From Myxococcota bacterium (GTDB lineage: Bacteria; Myxococcota_A; UBA9042; PHBI01; JAWLBL01), in NCBI GenBank assembly GCA_041687695.1, contig JAWLBL010000001.1, positions 49,610 to 113,609 on the forward strand: 64,000 nucleotides of DNA, given 5' to 3'. The notes under the pieces are model-generated. The model was not told where the DNA came from, did no database searches, and saw only the letters and a list, made by a program, of their open reading frames with translations. Positions within the stretch are counted from its first letter, which is position 1; every line of letters starts with the position of its first letter. Shown here piece after piece: positions 7,511 through 17,393 of the stretch. Both the position numbers and the translations under genes were made by a program.

Positions 7511-10500
7511 TCAGCTCCCCTCGAAGGCCTCGAGCTCGTCGTCGAGGCGCGCGCGCTGCGCGTCGGAGAGGGCGCCGGCGCGCTGGCCCTGGGCCTGGCG
7601 GTCGCTGCCGACGTGCTGGCCGGGCGAGGCGGCGGCGAGGCGGCGGCGGCGCCCGACCCGGACCATCAGGACGATGAAGGCGGCGGCGAAGCCGGCGATG
7701 AGCGCGGCCGGGAAGGCCCAGCTGAGGGCCTTGTCCGGGTGGGCGCGGAGATCGTCATACGTCCAGGGCTCGCCCTCGGCCGACGTGACGTTGTTCTCGT
7801 CGACGTAGAAGCGGAAGACCTGCTCGGCGGGCACGCCAGCGGCCAGCATGACGCGGAAGCGCGGCAGCCACTTGTTGCGGACGGTGCAGGCGAGCTGGCT
7901 CTGCGACAGGACGAGCCCGCGCTCGCCCGGGCAGGTCGTCTTGGTGGTCGTCTTCAGGTGATCGTAGGCCGCCGTGTCGTAGCGCAGGCGCTCGTCCCAG
8001 CGCTGGTCGAGGGCGACGAGCTCGTACAGGACGTCCAGCTTGGCGCGGCCGGAGCGCTGGTCGGCCTCGGGCCGCTTTCGGACCAGCTCGGTCACCAGGG
8101 CCCGGTCCTGCTCGGCCTTGGGGCTCGCGCAGCCCGGGTCGCCCAGCGGGAGGACGCGCATCGCCTCGGTCGTGCCGGCGGGGCCGCAGGACAGGGCCGC
8201 CAGGGCGTCGCCGACCGCGTCGCCGTCGGGGGGCGCGGCCATGCCGCGGGGCTCGGGCAGCGCGTCACCGTGGGCGTGGGCGGGCGGGGCCGCGGTCAGC
8301 GCGAGGGCGGCCAGGGCCGCGGTCAGCGCGAGGGCGGCGGCCTCGGCCACCGGGAGCCGGCGGCGCGAGCGGGTCATCGCGATGAGGGTGCGCGACAGCC
8401 ACCGCGGCGTCAGGCAGATGATCGTGCCGAAGACGAGCGTGATGCCGCCCAGCCACAGGAGGCTGACCAGCGGGAAGACGACGGTGAGCAGGTTCACCGA
8501 CGGCTGGGCGAAGCCGGCGATGGTGCCCATGTCCATGCGCGGGCGGATGGCGAGGTACAGGTCCTCCCACGGGAGCGAGGAGATGCCCGCCTCGGTCGTC
8601 GGCGTCTCGTGCTTGGCGTAGTAGCGCACCTCGGGGACCAGGTGCGTGCCGGTGCGGCGGTCGATGAGCTCGATGGCGCCGCTGTCGGGGTCGAAGCCGC
8701 CGTGCAAGAGCGTGTCGGGGACGGTCGCCTGGGCCACGCGCTGCTGGAAGGCGGCGGCGGCGGCGGGCGCGTCGAAGGTCAGCGCGAGCTCGGTCGAGCC
8801 GGGGGTCAGCTCGACCCGGGCGCCGATGGTCGAGCCCGGCCCGAGCGCGACGCGGGCCTCGCGCAGCGCCTGCATGGCCAGCATCGGCATGACGCGCAGC
8901 AGGCCGTCGTCCTGCAGGCGATAGGTCAGGCGGGCGCCGCCGTCGGCGACGAGGGCGAAGTGGTCCCGGAAGTCCTGCGCCAGCCACAGATCGTCGCGCA
9001 GCCGATCGCGGGCGTCGACGTCGGCGACGCGGACGCGGATCTTGGGGCTGTCCAGGCGCGTCTCGACGTGGAACGGGACGGTGAGGCGGGTCTGCAGCCA
9101 GGCGACGGTGTCGTTCACCTCGCGGTCGGCGACGGTCTCGCCCTCGTGCATGATCGTGAAGGTCGCGCGCAGGGCGGCGAACCCGCCGTCGGGGTCCCAG
9201 GCCTGCGTGCGATCGGAGAAGGTCAGCCGGTAGTCGCGGGCGGGCAGCTCCTCGCCGACGGCGATGAGGCGCTCGGGATCCTCGGACTTGAAGACCTTTC
9301 CGGTGAAGCCGACGAACATCAGCATCACGCCGAAGTGGATGATGTAGCCGCCGTAGCGCCGCGGGTTCTTGAAGGTCAGCGCCAGGACGCTCGCCAGGTA
9401 GCCGTCGTCGCCCTTGCCCTCGCGGACGCGGGCGCCGATGTGGAACTCGCGGGCGATGGTCCAGCCGACGAAGACGCAGAACAGGTAGCACAGGACCGTG
9501 TAGACGTCGGCCAGCACCAGGCTGTCGGCCCAGTTGTCGTAGGCCTGCCCCATGGTCAGCTCGTACAGGTCGGCGATGCGGCGGATGCTGAAGAACGACC
9601 AGACGGCGGCGCCGATGGCCGTGATGACCAGCGAGCCGGCCAGGGGCCTGCGGAAGTTGCGCTCGAAGTTCTTGGCGGTGGCGCGGCGCCACGAGATGAG
9701 CGGACCGACGCCCATCAGGAACAGCAGGACCAGGCCGATGGGCGCCATGACGCGGTTGAACCACGGCTCGTCGAGGCTGACGGCCTGCGTCAACAGATCC
9801 AGCTCGCCCAGGACCAGGCCGAGCGAGGCGTTCCAGCCGCCGGCGACCTGGTTGTAGATGGCGCGGACGCTCTCGGCTTCGCTGATCTTGGGAAAGAGCG
9901 TGCCCCACAGGACGATGAAGGCGCAGCCGACGAGGAAGACGTTGTTGAGGACGAAGAAGCTCTCGCGGCTGAGGAACGACTCGATGCGCGCCTCGCCCTC
10001 GAGGGCCTTCCAGCGCCAGGCGATGAGGATGACCGACACGATGGCCAGGACGATCATGTAGCCGATGAAGTACTCGGCCAGGGTCGAGTCGGCGAAGGCG
10101 TGGATGCTGTCGATGAGCTGGCTGCGCGTGAGGAAGGTGCCGAAGATGGTCAGCAGGAAGGTCAGGCAGACCAGGACGGCGTTCCACCGCTTGAGCATGC
10201 CGTAGCGCTCCTGGATCATCACCGAGTGCAGGAACGCGGTGCCCGTGAACCAGGGGATGAGGCCGGCGTTCTCGACCGGGTCCCACATCCACCAGAAGCC
10301 CCAGCCGATCTCCTGATAGGCCCACAAGGCGCCGAGCAGCAGGCCGACGGACAGAAAGGCCCAGGAGACGATGGACCAGCGGCGGGTGTCGGTGATCCAC
10401 TGGTCGTCGAGCTTGCCCGTGACCAGGGCCGCGGCGCCGAAGGCGAAGGGGATGGTGAAGGTGATGTAGCCGGTCAGCAGGCTCGGCGGATGGAAGGCCA

Positions 10501-11008
10501 TCGTCGGGTTCTGGAGCAGGGGGTTGAGCCCCTTGCCGTCGGTCGGCCCGCCGGAGGTCGCGAAGGTCTCGAACGGGCTCGACTCGAAGACCATCAGGAC
10601 GTTGAAGAAGAACAGGCACAGCATCAGGACCGCGGTGACCCAGGCCATGTAGACCGGGGCGCGCTCGCGGTTGGTGTGGATGGCGATGGCGCTGAAGATG
10701 GCGAGCGAGGTCACCCAGAACAGGAGCGCGCCCTTCTCGCCGCCCCAGAACGAGGCGAGGAGGTAGAGCGTCGGCATCGACCGGTCGGAGTAGGTCGCGA
10801 TGTACTTATTGGAGAAGTCGTGGGTGAGGAAGCCGTGGGTGAGCACGATGGCCATGGCCACGGCGAGCCACGCGACCCCGTAGGCGCCCCAGCGGGCGCC
10901 GCGCATGAGGGCGTCGTTACGGGAGACGGCGCCCGCGATGGCGGTGAGCGCCGTCAGGAGCGTGACGAAGAAGCTGACGAGGAGCAGCAGCTGGCCGAAG
11001 TCCTGCAT
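7511..11008 (-). CDS. ccmF: cytochrome c heme lyase CcmF with insertions and C-terminal CcmH-like domains
   Basis: WGGEKGALLFW, GLNPLLQNP-x3-FHPP, WAYQEIGWGFWWMWDPVEN, FLTRS-x4-SIHAF, RRYGGYIIH; 1165 aa, far longer than typical CcmF. Confidence 0.93.
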   Translation of the reverse strand: MQDFGQLLLLVSFFVTLLTALTAIAGAVSRNDALMRGARWGAYGVAWLAVAMAIVLTHGFLTHDFSNKYIATYSDRSMPTLYLLASFWGGEKGALLFWVTSLAIFSAIAIHTNRERAPVYMAWVTAVLMLCLFFFNVLMVFESSPFETFATSGGPTDGKGLNPLLQNPTMAFHPPSLLTGYITFTIPFAFGAAALVTGKLDDQWITDTRRWSIVSWAFLSVGLLLGALWAYQEIGWGFWWMWDPVENAGLIPWFTGTAFLHSVMIQERYGMLKRWNAVLVCLTFLLTIFGTFLTRSQLIDSIHAFADSTLAEYFIGYMIVLAIVSVILIAWRWKALEGEARIESFLSRESFFVLNNVFLVGCAFIVLWGTLFPKISEAESVRAIYNQVAGGWNASLGLVLGELDLLTQAVSLDEPWFNRVMAPIGLVLLFLMGVGPLISWRRATAKNFERNFRRPLAGSLVITAIGAAVWSFFSIRRIADLYELTMGQAYDNWADSLVLADVYTVLCYLFCVFVGWTIAREFHIGARVREGKGDDGYLASVLALTFKNPRRYGGYIIHFGVMLMFVGFTGKVFKSEDPERLIAVGEELPARDYRLTFSDRTQAWDPDGGFAALRATFTIMHEGETVADREVNDTVAWLQTRLTVPFHVETRLDSPKIRVRVADVDARDRLRDDLWLAQDFRDHFALVADGGARLTYRLQDDGLLRVMPMLAMQALREARVALGPGSTIGARVELTPGSTELALTFDAPAAAAAFQQRVAQATVPDTLLHGGFDPDSGAIELIDRRTGTHLVPEVRYYAKHETPTTEAGISSLPWEDLYLAIRPRMDMGTIAGFAQPSVNLLTVVFPLVSLLWLGGITLVFGTIICLTPRWLSRTLIAMTRSRRRLPVAEAAALALTAALAALALTAAPPAHAHGDALPEPRGMAAPPDGDAVGDALAALSCGPAGTTEAMRVLPLGDPGCASPKAEQDRALVTELVRKRPEADQRSGRAKLDVLYELVALDQRWDERLRYDTAAYDHLKTTTKTTCPGERGLVLSQSQLACTVRNKWLPRFRVMLAAGVPAEQVFRFYVDENNVTSAEGEPWTYDDLRAHPDKALSWAFPAALIAGFAAAFIVLMVRVGRRRRLAAASPGQHVGSDRQAQGQRAGALSDAQRARLDDELEAFEGS

Positions 11009-11026
11009 CTACGGCGGCCCCCCGGC

Positions 11027-11533
11027 TCAGGACGTCGGGCCCGACGCGGGTCGGGCCGGGCCGTACTTCTTCTCGTAACCGGGGTCCTGCTCGTCGCCGG
11101 GGTGCGTGCCGCCCTCGGTCTGGTACTTCGACGGGCACTTGACCGTCAGCTTGGTGCACTGGATGGTGCCGTCCTTGCCCATGATGCCCTCGACGATGCA
11201 CTCACGCCCTTCCTTGTAGGGATCGGGCGGCAGGTGCGGATAGGCGACCGGGAGCTCGTTGCCCAAGCCGTCGTGGATGACGAAGCGCAGCTCCTGCGTC
11301 GAGCCGCGCGTGACGTTCTCCGTCGTCCCTTCCTTGATCTTGCCGACGATCTTGACCTCACGCCCCACGAAGCGGTGCGGCTCGGCCTTGATGGCGGCGA
11401 TGTCGAGGCTGTAGCGGCCGCTCGAGAAGCTCGACTGCACGACGAGCAGCGCCCCCAGGCCGACGATGACCGCGATGATGGTCGAGTAGCCGGCTCTCTT
11501 GCGCCGCGTGGCGGCCTTGGGCGTTTCGGTCAT
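11027..11533 (-). CDS. ccmE: heme chaperone CcmE, CxxxY variant
   Basis: N-terminal TM, OB-fold pattern PDPYKEGRECIVEG, heme motif KCPSKY instead of HxxxY. Confidence 0.92.
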   Translation of the reverse strand: MTETPKAATRRKRAGYSTIIAVIVGLGALLVVQSSFSSGRYSLDIAAIKAEPHRFVGREVKIVGKIKEGTTENVTRGSTQELRFVIHDGLGNELPVAYPHLPPDPYKEGRECIVEGIMGKDGTIQCTKLTVKCPSKYQTEGGTHPGDEQDPGYEKKYGPARPASGPTS

Positions 11534-11795
11534 GGGACTCTCCTCGTTTGGGTCGGGGTGCCCCGAGCCCGTTGTCCCCGGCCTCGGCGGGTCCGGATCC
11601 TCGGCACCGACCGGGGTCGAGTCCAGGGCCTCGCTCGGAGCGACAAACCCGGCGCGCGGCGGGGGGCATTCCGGGGTTCTGCCAGAGGTCGGCGCCCGGG
11701 TCCATGAATACCGGGCCGCAGGGCGCCGGCCGGCGGGTCGGGTCGTGAGCCGACACCGTACCGCAACCCGGGCCGCCCGTCGAAGGTCCGCGTCG

Positions 11796-11825
11796 TTGAC
11801 AAGCGCTCGGACCGTCCACCATCAT
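11796..11825 (+). promoter_or_regulatory. putative sigma70-type promoter
   Basis: TTGACA-N18-CATCAT about 110 bp upstream of the 11933 start. Confidence 0.45.
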
Positions 11826-11932
11826 CCGCGCCTTCCCAAGGACCGCCCGCCGCGCGCGCGACGGGCAACGACGGCCGTGGCGCTCCGTGCGACGACCGCC
11901 GCCCTCCCCCTCCTCCCGAGCGGAGCCCCGCC

Positions 11933-12592
11933 GTGCTCGACGACTTCAAGGACAAGGCGCTCAAGAAGGCCGGTCAGTGGATTGGCTCGCCGGCCGCGGT
12001 CAGCGTGCTGTCGAACCCGCAGGTCCAGGGCGTCCTCAAGCGGGCCATCAACCTCCGGTCGGATCTGCGCGACGAGCTCGACCGCAAGGTCGAAGACCTC
12101 GCCCGCAGCTTCAACCTGGTCACCCGGGCCGAGGTGAAGACCCTCAAGCGCTCCATCCGCGAGCTCGAGAACCAGGTCGCGACCCTCGAGCACCAGCTCA
12201 AGCAGCAGACGCTGCGGGCCGACAAGGCCGAGCAGGCCGCGAGCGAGGCCCGACGGAAGCTCGACGAGGCCGCCAAGGCCCCGGCGCCCGCCAAGACCGA
12301 GGCCGCGCCCGCGCCCGCCGCGGCGGCCGTCAAGCCGGCCGCGCCCGCCAAGGCCGCCAAGGCCGAGGCCGCTGCCAAGCCGGCCGCCAGGCCCGAGGCC
12401 GCTGCCAAGCCCGCGACGACCGAGGCCGCGACCAAGCCGGCCGCCAAGTCGACCGCCAAGGCTGGGGCCGGCCGCGGCGCCGCCAAGCCCGCGCCGGGCT
12501 CCAATGGCGAGACCAAGGCCAAGCCCGCCGCCAAGGCCGAGGGCAAGCCGGCCGCCAAGCGCGCGCCGGCCAAGAAGGCCCCCAAGGAGTGA
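11933..12592 (+). CDS. PhaF/phasin-like protein with histone H1-like AAKP tail
   Basis: FNLVTRAEVKTLKRSIRELENQV coiled coil followed by Ala/Lys/Pro repeats (AAKPAA). Confidence 0.65.
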   Translation: MLDDFKDKALKKAGQWIGSPAAVSVLSNPQVQGVLKRAINLRSDLRDELDRKVEDLARSFNLVTRAEVKTLKRSIRELENQVATLEHQLKQQTLRADKAEQAASEARRKLDEAAKAPAPAKTEAAPAPAAAAVKPAAPAKAAKAEAAAKPAARPEAAAKPATTEAATKPAAKSTAKAGAGRGAAKPAPGSNGETKAKPAAKAEGKPAAKRAPAKKAPKE

Positions 12593-12747
12593 CCCCGGCC
12601 CCCGGGCGGGCAGGCGCTCGCGCGTCGCCCGTCCGCGGATCGACGCGGAACGAGCGACCGGAAGTTTGCCCAGCCAGGCGGCTCGGGCCACCCTGAGCGT
12701 CGTGGGAGACCACCGCGCGGGAGGCTCCGCGCGCCCGACAGGCAACC

Positions 12748-15243
12748 ATGATCGCTCGACCCCTCGCCGCCCTGCTCCTCGCGGCCCTCATGCTCGGGCC
12801 GCCCGGCCCGGCCCGGGCCGACGCCCTCCCCGACGTGCTCGAGCGCGCCCGCGCGCAGCTCGACGCCGGTGACGCCGCCCAGGCGGCCGCCGCCCTGCGC
12901 GCGGCGCTGGACGCTGCCCCCGAGGGGCCGGACCGAGCCCTCGCCCAACACCTGCTCGGCCGCGCCCTGCTGGACGCTGGAGACGCCCAGGGGGCGGTCG
13001 CCGCGCTCGAGGGCGCCCTGGCCGACGGGCGCACCGCCGTGCCCGACTTCGTCCGCTACGCGCTGGCCCGGGCCCACGGCGCGCTCGGCGCCCACGCCGA
13101 CGCCGCCGCAGCCTATCGGTTGGTCGCCCTGGACCGCCACAGCCCGCTGCGCATCGCCGCCGCCTTCGAGCACGCCCGCGCCCTCGAGGCCGCGGGCGAC
13201 GCCGACGCCGCGCGCGCCGCCTACGGGCGCTTCGTGGACGACTACCCCGACGCGCCCGAGGCCCGCGACGCGCGGCTCCAGCTGGCGGCCCTCGAGGTCG
13301 ACCGCGGGCGTGCCACGGAGGCGGCGCCCATCCTGCGCCGGGTGCTGGTCGAGGCGCCGCGCAGCCGGGCCGGGCTGGCGGCGCGCGCGATGGCCGAGCG
13401 GCTGCGGACGCTGGGGCACGCCGCCCTGGTGGCGCTGACGCCCGAGCGCGAGCTCGAGCGGCTCGAGTGGCTCGTCAGCGAGCGTCGCTTCGAGGAGGCC
13501 GAGGCCGACCTGGCGGCGCTGCGCGCGCTAGCGGCCGAGCGCAAGGAGCGCGATCTGGAGGTGCGCGCGACGGAGCTGCTCGCCCGGGTCTACCGGGAGA
13601 CGCGGCAGGAGCCGCGGGCGCTGGAGCTGTACGAGTGGCTGGCGACGCGCGGCGTGTCGACCCCGTCCTTCGCGCACGTCGCGGAGATGCAGGCCCTGGG
13701 CGGCGACTTCGAGACGGCCGAGCGGACGCTCCTGGCCGGCTACGGGCGCCGACGCACCAACGCCTATTGGGAGGCGCTGGGCGACCTGCGCTTCGAGTTC
13801 GGCCGGTACGAGGACGCCCTGGCGGCCTACAAGCGCTCGAGCCGTGCGCGGCGGGCCGTCAAGGGCGTCCCCGCCGAGCTGAGCCTGGCTTGGAAGGTGG
13901 GGTGGTGCCACATCCTGACCGGGCAGGTCGAGGCGGCGGCCCCGATGTTCGCGCCGCGCAGGTCGTGGCGGCGCCGTGACGCGCAGTGGCCGCGCTATTG
14001 GAAGGCCCGCTCGCTGGCCATCGCCGGCCGGCGGGACGAGGCGCTGGCCCTGTACGACGCGCTGGCCGAGGAGGGGCCGCTGGACTACTACGGGGTCCTG
14101 GCTGCCAGCCGGGCGGCCGAGCTGCGCGGCGAGGTGCCCGCGCCGGCGCAGGCGCCGGGGCCGCCGAGCGGCGACGTCGTGACCGTGTCCGCGGAGGACG
14201 GCGAGTCGGGGCCGGCGCGGCGTCCGACCGTCGCCTGGTCGGACGAGGCCCTGGAGGGCGCCTTCGAGCGGGCGCCGGGGCCCGCCGAGCGCGCGGAGCG
14301 ACAGGCGGCGCTCGAGCGGCTGGCCGCGCGATGGGGCGACGTGGCCCCGGAGGCGCGCCGGGCCGCCGAGCTGCACCGCCTGGGGCTCGTCGACGAGGCG
14401 ATGGCCGAGCTGCGCGTCATCGACATGGATCTCCGCACGCTGCGCGGCCGCGGCAGCGCCGCCTTCGCCCGCCGCGCCCGCGCCGATCTGCTGGACAACC
14501 GCCGCGAGGCCCGCGCCCGGGGCGGCGCCGACATCGTCGACCGCAAGCGCAAGAGCCGCCAGCAGGTCCGCGACTTCATCAAGGGCGCCTCCGACCTGCA
14601 GCGCGATCTGCGCGAGGCCCAGGTCGCCTTCGGGGACCCCTACGCGCTGCGCCGCGCCCACGTATACGGCCTCGGAGAGGCGCCGACCCCCGAGACCCTC
14701 GACGCCTGGCGGCTCGCCCACCCGGTCGCCTTCCCCGAGCTGGTCCAGCGCTTCTCGGCCCTGCACGTCATCCCGCCGTACTTCCTGTACGCCATCATGA
14801 CGGTCGAGAGCACCTTCCACCCGCACGCCGTCAGCGTCTCGAACGCCTACGGCCTGCTGCAGGTCATCCCCAAGACCGGCCGGCGCGTCGCGCAGGCCCT
14901 CGGCTACGCCGAGTTCAGCCCCGAGCTGCTGCTGCGCCCCGAGGTGTCCATCTACTTCGGGTCCTATTACCTGGGCAGCCTGCTCGACAAGTTCCACGGA
15001 CAGGAGCTGCTGGCCGCGGCCGCCTACAACGCCGGCCCTCACCGGGTCGAGAAGTGGCTGCGCATGAGCCCGAACCGCCCGATGGACGTGTTCGTCGAGG
15101 AGATCCCCTTCCGCGAGGCGCGCAACTACGCCAAGTCGGTGCTCGAGAACGTGGCGCGCTTCCGCCGGGCCTGGCACGACGAGGTGCACCCGTACGTCTC
15201 GAACCACCTCGAGCCGCGCGCCCTGCCCGAGCCGAACTATTGA
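12748..15243 (+). CDS. slt: soluble lytic murein transglycosylase with TPR region
   Basis: Signal peptide, TPR helices, GH23 motifs AIMTVESTF, AYGLLQVIP, AAYNAGP, EEIPFREARNY. Confidence 0.9.
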   Translation: MIARPLAALLLAALMLGPPGPARADALPDVLERARAQLDAGDAAQAAAALRAALDAAPEGPDRALAQHLLGRALLDAGDAQGAVAALEGALADGRTAVPDFVRYALARAHGALGAHADAAAAYRLVALDRHSPLRIAAAFEHARALEAAGDADAARAAYGRFVDDYPDAPEARDARLQLAALEVDRGRATEAAPILRRVLVEAPRSRAGLAARAMAERLRTLGHAALVALTPERELERLEWLVSERRFEEAEADLAALRALAAERKERDLEVRATELLARVYRETRQEPRALELYEWLATRGVSTPSFAHVAEMQALGGDFETAERTLLAGYGRRRTNAYWEALGDLRFEFGRYEDALAAYKRSSRARRAVKGVPAELSLAWKVGWCHILTGQVEAAAPMFAPRRSWRRRDAQWPRYWKARSLAIAGRRDEALALYDALAEEGPLDYYGVLAASRAAELRGEVPAPAQAPGPPSGDVVTVSAEDGESGPARRPTVAWSDEALEGAFERAPGPAERAERQAALERLAARWGDVAPEARRAAELHRLGLVDEAMAELRVIDMDLRTLRGRGSAAFARRARADLLDNRREARARGGADIVDRKRKSRQQVRDFIKGASDLQRDLREAQVAFGDPYALRRAHVYGLGEAPTPETLDAWRLAHPVAFPELVQRFSALHVIPPYFLYAIMTVESTFHPHAVSVSNAYGLLQVIPKTGRRVAQALGYAEFSPELLLRPEVSIYFGSYYLGSLLDKFHGQELLAAAAYNAGPHRVEKWLRMSPNRPMDVFVEEIPFREARNYAKSVLENVARFRRAWHDEVHPYVSNHLEPRALPEPNY

Positions 15244-15329
15244 CCGCCCGCGAGCCGGGCGCCGCCGGGATCGGGGGCCCCCTCCGGGCCGCGTTGCGCG
15301 TCCCAGGGGCCAGTGATAGCGTGCCGGGA

Positions 15330-17393
15330 ATGAGCAGGGTCATGGCAGGGGCGGGCCGCGCCGTCTTCGTGGCGATCGTCGCCCTCTGGCTGGGGGGCGC
15401 GCCCGCCAGCAACGTCGCGCGAGCCCAGGGGCCGGCCTCTTCGGACCTGGCCCAGCCCGGCGCCGACGGCCTCGCGGAGCTGCGCCGGCCGATCCTCAGC
15501 CCGCCCGAGTACAGCACCCTGCGCGCCGCCTGGAGCGAGGTGCAGTCGGACCTCGGGCGCAAGGCCTGGGCCGAGGCGGCCGGTCGCCTCCAGCACCTGG
15601 TCGCCATCCGCGGGGACCTGGGCCTGCGCGACCTCTACCCGATGTCGGCCGCGCTGCTGTACGCCGCGCGCGAGGCCTCCGCCGAGGGCGCCACCGACGC
15701 CGCCGGGGCCCTGGTCGCCGCCGCCGTCACCCTGTCCCCCCACCTGCCGGCCGCCCGCTTCGAGGAGGCGGTGCAGGCCTTCCAGGACGCCCCCCTCGGG
15801 CTCGGCGCCCAGCTCCGCGCCCTCCGCGGCGGCTTCGAGCGGCTGCCCGAGGATCCCGCGGCCGCCACGGCCTTCGCCGGCAACGCCCTGAGCGCCCTCG
15901 CCCTCACCCTGACGGGGCTGCTCATCGCCTTTGGCCTCGCCATGGCCCTGCGCTACGCCAGCCTCGCCGTCGGCGATCTCCGGCGCGCGCTCTTCGGCAC
16001 CGTCGACCGCCTCCAGGCCACGGTCCTGCTCACCTCTGTACTGGCCGCGCCCTTCCTGGCGGGCTTCGGCCTGCTCGGCGCCGCCGCCGTCTGGCTGGTG
16101 GTCGCCGCCGCGTACCTCAAGGTGACCGAGCGCGTGGTCGCAGCGCTGCTGCTCCTGGCCGTGGCCGCCCTCCCCTGGCTCACCGGGCGCCTGGTCGCCT
16201 CGGCCGAGCTGCCCGGCGTCGCCGCCACCGTCCTGCACCGCTGCAACCACAGCCTCTGCGCGCCCGAGGACCGCCGTCACCTCGCGACCTGGGCCGCCGG
16301 AGACCGCCTGGGCTACGAGGCCAGCTTCACGTTGGCCCTGGTCGAAAAGCGCGCGCGCGGCATGCACGCCTCCGACGCCGCCGACCCACGCCCGCACGCC
16401 GTCCGGGCCGCGACCTTGCAGCGCAGCCCGCAGGCGCTGCTGCTGCTGGGCAACATCGAGTACCTCGACGCGCTGTCGCTGTGCGAGGCCGTCAAGGGCG
16501 ACGACGCGCAGGCCACCGAAGCCTACGACAAGCACCTGCGGGCGGCCCTCGCCCTGTGGGACGAGGCGCTCGAGGCCGCGCCGCGCTTTCTGCCCGCGCT
16601 GTACAACGCCGCGATCGCGCGCCGGCAGCTCGGCGCCGAAGGCGAGGCCGACAAGCTCCTGTCCGCGGCCATGCAGGCCGACGCCCCCCACGTCAACCAC
16701 TGGAACAAAGAGATCGCCCAGGACGCGAACCTCAGCCGCTGCCGGTCGGCGCGTCTGGCCAACCGCCACCTGATGGACGCGCCGCTGCCGGCGGCGACGC
16801 TGCGGACGGCGCGCCTGACGCCGCCGCCCGCCGAGGCCGCCGTCATCCTGCCGGTCGGCGGCGTGCTGGCGGGCAACCTGGACGGCCAGGCGGTGCTGGC
16901 GGGCGGGCTGGCGGCCGCGTTGTGGGTGGCGCTGGCCTGGCTGCTGCGCGGCTCGGTCGGCGTGTCGGTCGCCTGTCAGGCGTGCGGCGCGACCGCGGGC
17001 CCGCGCCAGCGCGTGGACGTGCGCGGCGGCGCCCTGTGCGAGGCCTGCATCAAGGCCGACATCCAGCGCGGCCTGGTCGACGCCAAGGAGCAGTGGTTCC
17101 GCGAGCAGCGCCTGCGTGTGCAGGCCAGCCGGCGCGCGCGGCTGCCGCGGCTGGTGACTTGGGTGCTCCCTGGCTTCGGCCACCTGCTCAAGGGCGCCCC
17201 CCTCCGAGGCGTCGCGTATCTGGTGCTGGTGTTCGGGAGCCTGATGGTCGGCCTGGGCCTGCACACCATCTTCCACGACCCGCACGCGCCGCTCGCCGGC
17301 GGCGGCGCGCGCCTGACGCTCTTCGGCGGGCTCGCCGTCATCGCCTGGCTCGTCGCGCTCATCGACGCCCACACGGGCAAGGAGGCCGCGTGA
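15330..17393 (+). CDS. multi-pass membrane protein with TPRs and CxxC...CxxC zinc-ribbon
   Basis: Start moved to ATG 15330 (15342 also possible). Signal peptide, TPR-like blocks, TM clusters, CQACG and LCEAC. Confidence 0.75.
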   Translation: MSRVMAGAGRAVFVAIVALWLGGAPASNVARAQGPASSDLAQPGADGLAELRRPILSPPEYSTLRAAWSEVQSDLGRKAWAEAAGRLQHLVAIRGDLGLRDLYPMSAALLYAAREASAEGATDAAGALVAAAVTLSPHLPAARFEEAVQAFQDAPLGLGAQLRALRGGFERLPEDPAAATAFAGNALSALALTLTGLLIAFGLAMALRYASLAVGDLRRALFGTVDRLQATVLLTSVLAAPFLAGFGLLGAAAVWLVVAAAYLKVTERVVAALLLLAVAALPWLTGRLVASAELPGVAATVLHRCNHSLCAPEDRRHLATWAAGDRLGYEASFTLALVEKRARGMHASDAADPRPHAVRAATLQRSPQALLLLGNIEYLDALSLCEAVKGDDAQATEAYDKHLRAALALWDEALEAAPRFLPALYNAAIARRQLGAEGEADKLLSAAMQADAPHVNHWNKEIAQDANLSRCRSARLANRHLMDAPLPAATLRTARLTPPPAEAAVILPVGGVLAGNLDGQAVLAGGLAAALWVALAWLLRGSVGVSVACQACGATAGPRQRVDVRGGALCEACIKADIQRGLVDAKEQWFREQRLRVQASRRARLPRLVTWVLPGFGHLLKGAPLRGVAYLVLVFGSLMVGLGLHTIFHDPHAPLAGGGARLTLFGGLAVIAWLVALIDAHTGKEAA

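Noticed and set aside
7295..11707. 1470-aa + strand ORF
   Set aside because: Antisense shadow of ccmF/ccmE. High-GC codon bias leaves the opposite strand stop-free, and it has no motifs.
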